Under the pieces are notes generated by a model that saw nothing but the letters and a program-made list of their open reading frames with translations, had not been told where the DNA came from and did not search any database. The translations under genes were made by a program, and so were the position numbers. Shown here piece after piece: positions 37,983 to 47,849 of a stretch of DNA of 64,000 bases (the first letter of the stretch is position 1; the number at the start of each line of letters is the position of its first letter). Source of the stretch: Verrucomicrobiota bacterium (GTDB lineage: Bacteria; Verrucomicrobiota; Verrucomicrobiia; Limisphaerales; AAA164-E04). The DNA lies in the NCBI GenBank assembly GCA_047947115.1, contig CP170459.1, positions 4,608,001 to 4,672,000 of the forward strand, in the 5' to 3' direction.

Positions 37983-40922
37983 TCAGTTCTTTCGGTCATA
38001 GCCGAGGAAACCGAGCAGATCCACCACTTCCTGAGGTTTCCTTCCCGTCAACAACCCTTCGGGCATGGCAGAAAGGGATGATCTTTGCCGATCTATGATG
38101 GTCGCAGGATCAATCTGGTGCTTCTGCCCCAGCACATCCATCAGAACCAGGCCCTGTTCATTCTCCTGCTGCAGGACTCCTGTAAGCAAAAGACCATTCT
38201 GTGTTTCAATCGAGATCACTCCGAATTCAGGTTCCACCACCAAAGAGGGTTGCAGAATATGCTTCAAAGCTTCGCTCTGCGTATATTTTTCAGCGACACG
38301 ACCAAGATCCGGACCAAGGTCACCTCCTTTCCCATTGACCTTGTGACACGTGCCGCATTGGAGTGAGGCATCTTCAAAAAACATCCTGCGTCCGTTTTCA
38401 ATGTCGGGTTTCAAAGTGTCCAGCAAAGTCAAATCCAACGCATCCATTCGATTGGATGAAGATTCAAAGAACCGCCTCAGCACATCACGTCGAACCGGAT
38501 CGTTCAGTTCACGATAAAGCTTACCCACCATCTCCTTTTGTCTCTCATCCAACCATCCCCGGTCCATCGCATGGGCCAAACCGAGCACTCCGCTCAGATG
38601 TTGTCCCAGGGAATGAATGGCGGCTTGCATGTCCCCTGCATGAGTCTGATTTCGAATGCGTTCAATTTCGTTCAACACTTCAGTCGTCCGATCAGCAACA
38701 CCGGAATCAACTTTTCCCAGCGAGCGAATCCAGTCGAAAACCAGTTTCAACCCTTCCACATCCAATCCCCCTTGCATTCCCAGATGAGGCATTTGCCCCG
38801 CGCCCGTCTTTGCCACTCGGACGTATAAGACGGATCGGAAAGGATCTCCGGGTTCGATGACGGACGCATCGGTCAGGCCAAAGTCACCACGTAGTGTCGC
38901 TTGATTCACCAGTGAAGCCTGTGCCAATGGTTTCTCAAAATACATGAGAGATTGTACCATGGCGCCCGCGTTTTCACGGTGACAATGCCCGCAGTTGGCG
39001 TGCAGATAAGCACGTGCGCGATACTCCAGATCGTTCATTTTTTCACCACGTCCGGTGTTGCGTGATTGCTCCCGATTCGTGAGTTTCAATTGATTCAGAC
39101 GATCCCACGAAGCTTGAACGCCATCATCAGCCCGCATCGTCCCACGCAATTGCAACTTATTCCATCCCAAGGCATATCCACTCCAAGAATTATGACAACG
39201 AAGGCAATTGGCCCTGGCCTCGTAATGCCAGGCACTCGGTGCGTGCTCTCCCTTTAATCCTGACAAGGCGGAGTTTGAATCGTCAGCAAGAAGGGTCTGC
39301 CCTTCCGCTTTCACCAGTCGAGCATCTTTGCCGCGAGCATCCCAGGCATAGACGTAGGCATTCCAATGCTGACCATCGTAGTGCATCAATTGCGTTTCAA
39401 TGGGTTTCCCTTGTTCGCTTCCCGGGGTTGATTCCGGGTTCGGCCAAAAAAGTGTCTTCGCCAAAACAGCATCAGCAGGAAACGTGGCGGCACGATCAGC
39501 CACCTGGACACGTGCAGTGCCTGGCAAACCAACCCAGCGGCGTGCCATGGCACCGTTTTCCCAATGCGGCATTTCAACCTCGTAGGGATAAACTCCCGGC
39601 GAAGGAATGTGCCCGCCGACATCTTCAAAGAGCCCTGTCTGGCTGAGCCATTCCGGAAAATCGGAACCTTGTTCTTCCCCGCTGTGCGGCCTCAGTTGAT
39701 AGAGCCCACCCGCGTAATCCACCACCCATAACTCTCCTTGATGATCCTCGCCAAAGGTGATCACTCGAAACGGCGCGTCGGTCAATTCTTCATGCCACAC
39801 CACTTGATCCCCCTGAACACGCAAACCCCAAATCTTTCCGGTTTCGTAATCACTGTAAATGTAAGCTCCGCGCAGATCGGACAACTCTCGCCCGCGGTAA
39901 ACATATCCCCCGGTAATCGAAGCTGCTTCGGAATGGGGATGTTCCACGATGGGCGCACGAAACATCCCGGGACCTTGTGGCAGTCCTTCCTGAACAAGGT
40001 GGTTGCCTTCCATGATCGACCATCCATAATTCCCACCCTTTTCCACTCGATGAATCAGCTCCCAGAGTTCCCACCCGACATCCCCCACCCAAAGATCACC
40101 GTTCTCTTGATCAAAATTCATCTTGAAAGGATTTCGAAAACCAAAAGCCCACACTTCAGGACGTGCATCGGGGTGGCGGACAAACGGATTATCTGCGGGG
40201 ATGGCATAGCTCAATCCCGGATCCTGATGATCCACATCAATCCTTAAAACTGATGCCAGCAAGTCCGAAATATCCTGCCCCGTCTTCAATATGTCGGGCG
40301 GGTTGGGCCCGGTTCCGTCACCGGTGGTGATGTAAAGGTAGCCGTCCGGACCGAACCGAAGGCAACCACCGTTATGCCCTCCTCCTTTCCATGTTAACAA
40401 GACTTGTTCCGATTCGGGCAATATGACCGGTGGTTGGGTGTCTGAAACGATGAATTTGGAAACACGAGTATCATCGGGTCCGCCGCCTCCCAGCACGTAA
40501 CACAAGTAAACCTGCCGATTCGTTTTGAAATCCGGATGAAATGCCATTCCATAAGCGTCAGCCATACGTTCCTGATGCGTTTTCAGGTGGATCACCAGAT
40601 GCTTCTCAGGCGAGTCGGAGGCCGGGTCGAAGGCATAAATCCCCCCCCTTAACTCCATCATCCACATCCAACGGGTCCCCGGCATGGCCACCAGTTCCAC
40701 CGGATTGTCAAAGGAGATATCCGGAAGCATTCGCTGCAGGTCAAAAGCAGCCGGACGCCCCGGATGCCCCTTTACCTTGGAAACCATCCACGGCACGCGC
40801 GCAGCGGAAGCAGACTGGGCTAGCGACGCTTCACAACATCCAAGATAAAGAGCCAAAGCACAAACAACGCCACGCAACGACAAAACACGTTTAACCAGGG
40901 CAAGGAGTTTGGGAAAATTCAT
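37983..40922 (-). CDS. PQQ-dependent sugar dehydrogenase-like (GSDH) beta-propeller with three c-type heme motifs (PVC-type)
   Basis: HNGGCLRFGPDGYLYITTGDG, WAFGFRNP, GDVG..WE, SITGGYVYRG; CLRCH, CGHCH and CGTCH..GPDL; SAMPEGL. Start revised to ATG 40922. Confidence 0.85.
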   Translation of the reverse strand: MNFPKLLALVKRVLSLRGVVCALALYLGCCEASLAQSASAARVPWMVSKVKGHPGRPAAFDLQRMLPDISFDNPVELVAMPGTRWMWMMELRGGIYAFDPASDSPEKHLVIHLKTHQERMADAYGMAFHPDFKTNRQVYLCYVLGGGGPDDTRVSKFIVSDTQPPVILPESEQVLLTWKGGGHNGGCLRFGPDGYLYITTGDGTGPNPPDILKTGQDISDLLASVLRIDVDHQDPGLSYAIPADNPFVRHPDARPEVWAFGFRNPFKMNFDQENGDLWVGDVGWELWELIHRVEKGGNYGWSIMEGNHLVQEGLPQGPGMFRAPIVEHPHSEAASITGGYVYRGRELSDLRGAYIYSDYETGKIWGLRVQGDQVVWHEELTDAPFRVITFGEDHQGELWVVDYAGGLYQLRPHSGEEQGSDFPEWLSQTGLFEDVGGHIPSPGVYPYEVEMPHWENGAMARRWVGLPGTARVQVADRAATFPADAVLAKTLFWPNPESTPGSEQGKPIETQLMHYDGQHWNAYVYAWDARGKDARLVKAEGQTLLADDSNSALSGLKGEHAPSAWHYEARANCLRCHNSWSGYALGWNKLQLRGTMRADDGVQASWDRLNQLKLTNREQSRNTGRGEKMNDLEYRARAYLHANCGHCHRENAGAMVQSLMYFEKPLAQASLVNQATLRGDFGLTDASVIEPGDPFRSVLYVRVAKTGAGQMPHLGMQGGLDVEGLKLVFDWIRSLGKVDSGVADRTTEVLNEIERIRNQTHAGDMQAAIHSLGQHLSGVLGLAHAMDRGWLDERQKEMVGKLYRELNDPVRRDVLRRFFESSSNRMDALDLTLLDTLKPDIENGRRMFFEDASLQCGTCHKVNGKGGDLGPDLGRVAEKYTQSEALKHILQPSLVVEPEFGVISIETQNGLLLTGVLQQENEQGLVLMDVLGQKHQIDPATIIDRQRSSLSAMPEGLLTGRKPQEVVDLLGFLGYDRKN

Positions 40923-41089
40923 GGTCCATAGATTACAGTTTGGAAGTGGTTTGGCAATGAGTTTGAGACAGCTTTGTTGGATGCCATTGAACCCTCTGAG
41001 CAAGGAAGGCTGATCGTTGGGAACGTTGCATCGATCTGGTTTGATTTCTGTGTGTGCCGATGGTAAACCAATCTGAATCGGTCGCAGAC

Positions 41090-41926
41090 ATGATCAAAAA
41101 TTTCAACTCATTGGAAGTCTTTACTGGAATCACCGTAGTGGTTGGCATCCGATACCTTGTATTGGCCTTCATTGCCTGGACCTTGTGTTACTGGCTCTTT
41201 TACTCGCGATGGTTCCACCGCAAAATCGTCAAGCGACACCCCCGCCGGAAGGATATCCGAAGGGAACTCCTCTACTCCGCACTTTCGATCCTGATCTTTG
41301 GAGCCGTCGGCATGGGGACCATCACCCTGGCCAGGATGGGATACACGCGAATCTATTGGAGCGTGGCGGAGAGAGGTTCGGGTTGGTTTGCCTTGAGCAT
41401 CCTTCTGGCTGTCTTGCTCCATGACACTTATTTTTATTGGTCCCACCGATGGATGCATCACCCAAAACTTTTCCACTGGGTTCACAAGGTGCATCACCAA
41501 TCCAATAACCCCACACCCTGGGCGTCCTATTCCTTCAGTTTTTGGGAAGCGATGGCACAGGCGGCCATTTTTCCCCTGACCGCATTTCTGATCCCCATTC
41601 ATCCACTGGCTTTCGGCATATTCATGGGGTGGCAAATTTTCAACAACGTCCTGGGGCATACAGGATTTGAATTTTACCCACGCTGGATGATGAAAGGCTG
41701 GCTGCGCTACCTCCTCAACACCCCCACCAACCACATCATGCACCACGAAAAGCCCAATGGAAACTACGGCATCTATTTCAACATCTGGGACCGCATCATG
41801 GGCACCAACCACCCCGACTACGACCAACGCCTGACCGAACTCATCCAGGCAAAAAGAAATCCCACAATACCCAACATGCCGCAACAAGAACGGACGACAG
41901 CGAAGGTCACAGCGAGCAAACTGTGA
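41090..41926 (+). CDS. Sterol desaturase / fatty acid hydroxylase superfamily protein
   Basis: His boxes HDTYFYWSHRWMH, HKVHH, GHTG, HIMHH..GNYG. Start uncertain (41054, 41060 or 41090). Confidence 0.85.
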   Translation: MIKNFNSLEVFTGITVVVGIRYLVLAFIAWTLCYWLFYSRWFHRKIVKRHPRRKDIRRELLYSALSILIFGAVGMGTITLARMGYTRIYWSVAERGSGWFALSILLAVLLHDTYFYWSHRWMHHPKLFHWVHKVHHQSNNPTPWASYSFSFWEAMAQAAIFPLTAFLIPIHPLAFGIFMGWQIFNNVLGHTGFEFYPRWMMKGWLRYLLNTPTNHIMHHEKPNGNYGIYFNIWDRIMGTNHPDYDQRLTELIQAKRNPTIPNMPQQERTTAKVTASKL

Positions 41927-42011
41927 TGGGTGACGTTATACAACCGAGAATGGCTGCGATTTCCGCAGCTTTCCTTCGGCGCATTTGTGAAGGGATCATC
42001 CAGGGGAAAGA

Positions 42012-42959
42012 TTATTCGTGGGCCTCACCAGGTTTGCTGGCGGTAGCAAGGAGAGTTTGAAAGTGGGGAGGCTCATCCTCTTTGGCGACGACTTCGATTT
42101 CAACATTCACGAATCCGGCTTTTTCCAACCATTGCTGGAGTCGACTTTCCTCAAAACCAAGCCAGACATCCCCGTAAAGTTTTTCCGCATCTTCAAAATC
42201 ATGCTTCAATAAATCCAGAATCAGCACTTTGCCTTTTGGCCTGAGAATGCGGTAGGCCGATACCAAAGCCTGTTCGGGATCTGCTGCATGATGCAATGCC
42301 TGACTCAGTATCGCCACATCAATGCTCTGGTCGTCGATCGGTGGTTGAGTCAAATCACCATGCCTGAACGATAGATTGTCCAGACCGTTTTCCTTCGCCT
42401 TGCGCTTTCCGAATTCGACCATTTTCTGACTGTTGTCGACGGCTATGACCGAGCGCGCGTTATGCGCCAGGAGTTCGGACAACAATCCCTCGCCCGAACC
42501 GAGATCGGCAATGTCGATGGCCGGAATCAATCTCAACAACATCTGCCCGAAGGCCTGCCATGAACGCCCAGGCCCGTAACTTCGATCAAACCGCCCCGCA
42601 ATTTGATTGAAGTAGAGTTTTGCCTGATCCTCGCGGCGCTCCAGGATGCGCTTGAGGTTGATGTGATCCGATTCGCAGGTATCCAGCTCCCGGGCACCTT
42701 GCAGAGCCAACTCCAACAAATTTTTGCCATGTTCCTCCTTGGATGGTATTAGCCTGTAGAAAACCCGCTTGCCTTCACGCCTTGAAGCCAGAAACCCCTG
42801 CTTCTGCAATTGGCCAAGATGGGTACTGATGCGGGACTGCCCCATATGGGTGATTTCCTGCAATTCATTGACCGACAACTCATCCTCTGCCAACAACAAG
42901 ATTAATCGCAGACGGGTGGAATCAGACAGCACTTTCAAAGATGAAACAATATCGTTCAT
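42012..42959 (-). CDS. sahR: ArsR-HTH plus SAM-methyltransferase-fold regulator (SahR-like)
   Basis: LSDSTRLRL..ELSVNEL..QSRISTHL HTH; ADLGSGEG, SQALHH. Divergent from metK-ahcY. Start revised to ATG 42959. Confidence 0.8.
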   Translation of the reverse strand: MNDIVSSLKVLSDSTRLRLILLLAEDELSVNELQEITHMGQSRISTHLGQLQKQGFLASRREGKRVFYRLIPSKEEHGKNLLELALQGARELDTCESDHINLKRILERREDQAKLYFNQIAGRFDRSYGPGRSWQAFGQMLLRLIPAIDIADLGSGEGLLSELLAHNARSVIAVDNSQKMVEFGKRKAKENGLDNLSFRHGDLTQPPIDDQSIDVAILSQALHHAADPEQALVSAYRILRPKGKVLILDLLKHDFEDAEKLYGDVWLGFEESRLQQWLEKAGFVNVEIEVVAKEDEPPHFQTLLATASKPGEAHE

Positions 42960-43026
42960 GGCAAATCGAATCACAAAAGAAAAACCGCTCACCAGAGCAA
43001 AGTCGAGATAATCTACGAATTTGCCA

Positions 43027-43075
43027 TTGACGAATCGAAAACCAGTTATATCGTCCTATCAAGATACGTCAATAT
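43027..43075 (+). promoter_or_regulatory. Putative sigma70 promoter of metK overlapped by SahR-like boxes
   Basis: TTGACG (43027)-N16-TATCGT; overlapping imperfect palindromes ATATCGTCCTATCAAGATAC (43048-43067) and CTATCAAGATACGTCAATAT (43056-43075). Confidence 0.55.
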
Positions 43076-43110
43076 GATAGGCGGCGTAACCAGTCGAAAA
43101 CAATAATATC

Positions 43111-44292
43111 ATGAGCAATAATTATATTTTTTCATCCGAATCCGTCGGCGAAGGACATCCTGACAAAGTTTGTGACACCATATCCGATGCCATTCTGGAC
43201 GCGTGTCTTGCACAAGACAAGACGAGTCGGGTAGCCTGCGAAACCTTCGTGAAGAGTAACGTGGTTGTGATCGGTGGAGAAATCACCACCAAGGCCAAAT
43301 TCGACTATAACGAAGTGGTACGTGAAGCAATACGTGGCATTGGTTACACCAACGACGATGACGTATTTCACGCTGACAAGGTATTTATCAACAACTACCT
43401 CACCACCCAAAGCGCAGACATCGCCCAGGGAGTGGACGCCAAAGCCGCCAAGGGAAAAGCCACCGACGAACAGGGAGCCGGAGACCAGGGTTTGATGTTC
43501 GGTTACGCGTGCGACGAAACCCCTGAGCTGATGCCTGCTCCCATCATGTTTGCCCACCGTATCGGACGTGAACTGACCCGTATCCGCAAGAGCGGCAAGG
43601 CCAAATGGCTCCGCCCTGACGCCAAATCACAGTGCTCCGTGCGTTATGAGAACGGTAAACCGGTGGAAATCACAAGCGTCGTGGTCAGCACACAGCACAC
43701 TGATGATGTGAGCCACAAACAAATCCACGATTTCATCGTCAAGAAGATCGTGCAAAAAGTGCTGCCCAAAAAGATGCTCAACAAGAACACCCAGTATCTC
43801 ATCAACCCAACCGGTCGATTCGTGGTCGGAGGTCCTCAGGGAGATGCCGGTCTGACCGGACGTAAGATCATTGTCGACACCTACGGCGGCATGGGACGTC
43901 ATGGCGGGGGCGCTTTCTCCGGCAAGGATCCCAGCAAAGTGGATCGCAGCGCAGCCTACATGGGACGTTACGTTGCCAAAAACGTTGTGGCCGCCGGATT
44001 AGCCAAGCGGTGTGAAGTTCAATTTGCCTACGCCATTGGCTATCCCGATCCCGTATCCATTGCCGTGGACACCTTCGGCACCGGCATCGAGTCCGATGAA
44101 AAAATTACCGAAGCGGTAAAGCAGGTGTTCAGTTTCAAACCGGCAGACATTATCTCACAACTGAAACTCCTCCGCCCCATTTATTCCGAGACCACCAATT
44201 ACGGACACTTCGGAAAAGTGGACGACACCAGTGTCATCACTTGGGAACAAACCAACAAAGCGGCCGCATTGAAAAAGGCCATCAAGGCATAA
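43111..44292 (+). CDS. metK: S-adenosylmethionine synthetase
   Basis: [47 protein letters not shown]. Confidence 0.98.
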   Translation: MSNNYIFSSESVGEGHPDKVCDTISDAILDACLAQDKTSRVACETFVKSNVVVIGGEITTKAKFDYNEVVREAIRGIGYTNDDDVFHADKVFINNYLTTQSADIAQGVDAKAAKGKATDEQGAGDQGLMFGYACDETPELMPAPIMFAHRIGRELTRIRKSGKAKWLRPDAKSQCSVRYENGKPVEITSVVVSTQHTDDVSHKQIHDFIVKKIVQKVLPKKMLNKNTQYLINPTGRFVVGGPQGDAGLTGRKIIVDTYGGMGRHGGGAFSGKDPSKVDRSAAYMGRYVAKNVVAAGLAKRCEVQFAYAIGYPDPVSIAVDTFGTGIESDEKITEAVKQVFSFKPADIISQLKLLRPIYSETTNYGHFGKVDDTSVITWEQTNKAAALKKAIKA

Positions 44293-44325
44293 ACCTCCAA
44301 AACCAACATCAAATACGATAACATT

Positions 44326-45759
44326 ATGAGTACAACAGTCGATTCACCCACCGAGACACAAGACTTCAAAGTCGCTGATCTTGGCCTGGCAGAATGGGGA
44401 AGAAAAGAAATCTCCATCGCTGAAAAAGAAATGCCCGGCTTGATGGCCATCCGTGAAAAACACGCCGCCGACAAACCTCTCGCAGGAGTGCGTGTGACCG
44501 GATCACTTCACATGACCATTCAAACAGCCGTTCTCATTGAAACCCTCGCCGACCTCGGCGCCACAGTTCGTTGGGCAAGCTGCAACATTTTCTCCACGCA
44601 GGACCACGCAGCGGCGGCCATCGCCGAAGCCGGCCACCCTGTTTTCGCCTGGAAAGGTGAGACGTTGGAGGAATACTGGTGGTGTACCTACAAGGCACTG
44701 ACCCACGCCGATGGCAAAGGCCCACAACTGATCGTTGACGATGGGGGTGATGCCACTCTCCTGATTCACAAAGGATACGAACTTGAAAATGGAAGCGACT
44801 GGGTCAACACCCCTTCTGGCAACCACGAAGAACAAGTCATCAAAGACTTGCTGAAAAAAGTTCATGCCGAGGATCCCCTGCACTGGCACGAAGTCGTCAA
44901 GGAACTGAAAGGTGTATCCGAAGAAACCACCACCGGGGTACACCGTCTTTGCAAGATGCAACAGGAAGGCAACCTGTTGATCCCTGCCGTAAACGTCAAT
45001 GACTCCGTCACCAAATCCAAATTTGACAACCTTTACGGATGCCGTGAATCCCTGGCAGACGGCATCAAACGCGCTACCGACGTCATGGTGGCCGGCAAAG
45101 TCGTCGTGGTCGTTGGGTATGGAGATGTCGGCAAGGGATGCGCCCAGTCGATGCGTGGCTTTGGCGCTCGCGTCATTGTGACCGAAATTGATCCGATCAA
45201 TGCCCTGCAGGCTGTGATGGAAGGTTTCGAAGTCACCACCGTTGAGGATACACTCGGCCGTGCAGACATCTATGTCACCACCACTGGTAACAAGGACGTC
45301 ATCACACTGGATCACATGCTCCAGATGAAGGATCAGGCGATCATCTGTAACATTGGTCACTTCGACAACGAGATCCAGGTGGACAAATTGAACAGCCACC
45401 CAGGCGTCAAGAAGACCACCGTCAAACCCCAGGTCGACCAATACTTCCTGGAAGACGGACGTTCCATCTTCATGCTGGCCGAGGGTCGCCTGGTGAACCT
45501 TGGCTGCGCCACCGGCCACCCATCCTTTGTGATGTCCAACAGCTTCGCGAACCAAACCCTCGCTCAGTTGGATCTCTGGGAAAAACGCGACACCAACAAA
45601 CCCAGCGTTTACGTGTTGCCCAAAGTGCTGGACGAAGAAGTTGCACGACTTCACCTGTCCAAACTCGGCGTCAAATTGACCACCCTCAGTCAGGAACAGG
45701 CCGATTACATCGGAGTGCCTGTTGAAGGTCCTTACAAGCCCGAGCACTACCGCTATTGA
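44326..45759 (+). CDS. ahcY: Adenosylhomocysteinase
   Basis: [55 protein letters not shown]. Confidence 0.98.
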   Translation: MSTTVDSPTETQDFKVADLGLAEWGRKEISIAEKEMPGLMAIREKHAADKPLAGVRVTGSLHMTIQTAVLIETLADLGATVRWASCNIFSTQDHAAAAIAEAGHPVFAWKGETLEEYWWCTYKALTHADGKGPQLIVDDGGDATLLIHKGYELENGSDWVNTPSGNHEEQVIKDLLKKVHAEDPLHWHEVVKELKGVSEETTTGVHRLCKMQQEGNLLIPAVNVNDSVTKSKFDNLYGCRESLADGIKRATDVMVAGKVVVVVGYGDVGKGCAQSMRGFGARVIVTEIDPINALQAVMEGFEVTTVEDTLGRADIYVTTTGNKDVITLDHMLQMKDQAIICNIGHFDNEIQVDKLNSHPGVKKTTVKPQVDQYFLEDGRSIFMLAEGRLVNLGCATGHPSFVMSNSFANQTLAQLDLWEKRDTNKPSVYVLPKVLDEEVARLHLSKLGVKLTTLSQEQADYIGVPVEGPYKPEHYRY

Positions 45760-45786
45760 TTCGCTGACACAAACACCATCTCAAAC

Positions 45787-45817
45787 AAAAAGGGCGACCC
45801 TCAAAGTCGCCCTTTTT
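45787..45817. terminator. Intrinsic (bidirectional-type) terminator after ahcY
   Basis: AAAAAGGGCGAC-CCTCAAA-GTCGCCCTTTTT. Confidence 0.88.
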
Positions 45818-45830
45818 CCATCCTAATAAC

Positions 45831-46111
45831 CGCCCTAGCAACCAAGTAGCCGCTTTCGCCAGAAAGTGGCCGCCCTCGCAATCAAGTAGCCGCTTTCGCC
45901 AGAAAGTGGCCGCCCTCACAACCAAGTAGCCGCTTCCGCCAGAAAGTGGCCACCTTCCCAACCAAGTAGCCGCTTTCGCCAGAAAGTGGCCACCTTCCCA
46001 ACCAAGTAGCCGCTTTCGCCAGAAAGTGGCCACCTTCCCAACCAAGCAGCCGCTTTCGCCAGAAAGTGGCCACCTTCCCAACCAAGTAGCCGCTTTCGCC
46101 AGAAAGTGGCC
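45831..46111. repeat. Tandem array of seven 40-bp GTAG-hairpin (REP-type) units
   Basis: Units start at 45841, 45881, 45921, 45961, 46001, 46041 and 46081. Consensus ACCAAGTAGCCGCTTTCGCCAGAAAGTGGCCACCTTCCCA contains GTAG followed by CCGCTTTC-GCCA-GAAAGTGG. Confidence 0.9.
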
Positions 46112-46119
46112 AACCTTTA

Positions 46120-46523
46120 CCCGTCTCGAGGAAATCCCCCCATCACTACTTGATTTCTTCACTGACTCTCGACATCAATGGATCCCATCCACTTGCCGTC
46201 AGATGAGAAAATGGGGAATTGACCCGCTCCATACCTTCCTCCCCCGGGGTTTTTCCGGTCACCAGGTTGAAATGATAAATCTTTCTGCCTGATCCGGAGA
46301 GGTTACAGGCCAATTGACTCCCTTTTTTGGAAAGGCTGATACCGTTACTATAGAAAAGCGTCATAAAGAGATTCCGGGAAGGTCAGAGAAGTTCGGATCG
46401 GCGCGGCTCTTCGGGTAAACGTGGATTTTCCAAAGGGTTGGCAGGTTCCCATTCCCTGGCAAGAAGCATCGAAATGATCAAAAGCAGCACCCTCAAGACT
46501 CCATTTTGTCGTGTCAGAATCAT
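46120..46523 (-). pseudogene. Remnant of a membrane-anchored TolB/PD40-like beta-propeller gene
   Basis: Hydrophobic GVLRVLLLIISMLLA, then PRRSELL*PSRNLFMTLFYSNGISLSKKGSQLACN..KIYHFNLVTGK (in-frame TGA at 46383). After a frameshift in homopolymer runs near 46240-46256 it gives GAGQFPIFSSDGKWMG. Confidence 0.5.
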
Positions 46524-46712
46524 GTATGCGCGATCTACTACACACAGCTTATCAGATCCCGACAGGAATCCACTTTCACAAAGGGCCAGATCGAGACGCG
46601 CATCATCCACATCACGGAGTTGCTGCCGCTCGCCTGTTGCGACTGTCAAAAAAACCCCCTTGTTGTTCGGTAAGGTTGCTCACTATAATCAGGAGAAATC
46701 TAACAAACCAAC

Positions 46713-47822
46713 ATGGCGGATACCTATCGAGTAGCAGTAATTGGAAGCACCGGCCGGGGCAATTATGGCCACGGACTGGACGTCGTATGGCGTGACATCC
46801 CGCAAGCAAATCTGGTGGCAGTGGCGGACGACGATCCGGAAGGTCTCGCCCAGGCCAAAGAACGCCTTCAACTGGACCAGGGTTTCGATGATTACCGGAA
46901 TATGTTGACGGAAGTGAAACCGGACATCGTCAGTATCTGTCCCCGTTGGCTGGATCAGCACAGGGACATGGTCCTAATGGCCGCCGCTGAAGGAGTCAAA
47001 GGCATTTATCTGGAAAAACCCCTCTGCCGAACGCTGGAAGAAGCTGATGCCATGGTGGCCGCATGCCAGACTAACAATGTGAAAGTGGCGGTGGCTCACC
47101 AAACCCGCTACAGCCCCATTCTGGCGGTGGTCTATCGCATGATCCATGAAGGCAGGATCGGCCGTGTGCTGGAGATCAGGGCGCGCGGCAAAGAAGATCA
47201 ACGCGGCGGCGGAGAAGATCTTTGGGTGCTGGGAACACATGTTCTTGATTTGATGCATTACCTCGGTGGAAATCCCAAATGGTGTTTCGGTTCGGTGTTT
47301 CAGGAAGGTGAACCCGTCGACGCATCACACGTTCAGGAGGGCAAGGAAGGGATTGGCCCCCTGGCTGGTGATCAGGTTCAGGCTACCTATGCTCTGGAAG
47401 ATGGCATTTTCGGATATTTCAATTCCACCCGCAACGCTCAGGCAGAGACATCGCGCTTCGGCATCATGATTTACGGTGATCAGGGAATCATCGCCATGAA
47501 CACCGGCTACCTGCCCTCCGCCAGTTGGTTGCCCGATCCATCCTGGACACCGGCCCGCACCGGAAAACGATGGATCCCCATTACCTCAGGCGGTCCGGGC
47601 CAACCTGAATCTCTCGAAAACGGTGGATTACATTCCGGAAATATATTGGCGTGTCAGGATCTCATCGCGGCCATCGAGGATAATCGTTCACCAGAGAGCA
47701 GTCTGGAAGCTGCTCGCACGACCACTGAAATGATCGTGTCCGTTTTCGAATCCCATCGAGTCGGGAAAAAAGTGTTTTTTCCACTTCAAAACCGCAAAAA
47801 CCCTCTGTCCGAGCTTTATTAA
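46713..47822 (+). CDS. Gfo/Idh/MocA family oxidoreductase
   Basis: VAVIGSTGRGNYGHG, IYLEKP, GGEDLWVLGTHVLDL. Confidence 0.88.
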   Translation: MADTYRVAVIGSTGRGNYGHGLDVVWRDIPQANLVAVADDDPEGLAQAKERLQLDQGFDDYRNMLTEVKPDIVSICPRWLDQHRDMVLMAAAEGVKGIYLEKPLCRTLEEADAMVAACQTNNVKVAVAHQTRYSPILAVVYRMIHEGRIGRVLEIRARGKEDQRGGGEDLWVLGTHVLDLMHYLGGNPKWCFGSVFQEGEPVDASHVQEGKEGIGPLAGDQVQATYALEDGIFGYFNSTRNAQAETSRFGIMIYGDQGIIAMNTGYLPSASWLPDPSWTPARTGKRWIPITSGGPGQPESLENGGLHSGNILACQDLIAAIEDNRSPESSLEAARTTTEMIVSVFESHRVGKKVFFPLQNRKNPLSELY

Positions 47823-47849
47823 ATCATCACCACCGAGTAGGATGACGAC

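Noticed and set aside
44950..44952. Cys where AhcY usually has Tyr (HRLCKM versus HRLYxM)
   Set aside because: A single-base difference outside the main catalytic motifs; it cannot be told apart from neutral variation or sequencing error.
45831..46111. CRISPR array interpretation of the 40-bp repeat
   Set aside because: The variable part is only about 10 nt and nearly identical between units, so there are no unique spacers, and no cas genes or leader are present.
45686..46292. Repetitive ORFs over the array (FWRKRLLGWEGGHFLAKAATW...)
   Set aside because: The 40-bp period is not a multiple of 3, so the same peptides appear in all frames; these are by-products of the DNA repeat.
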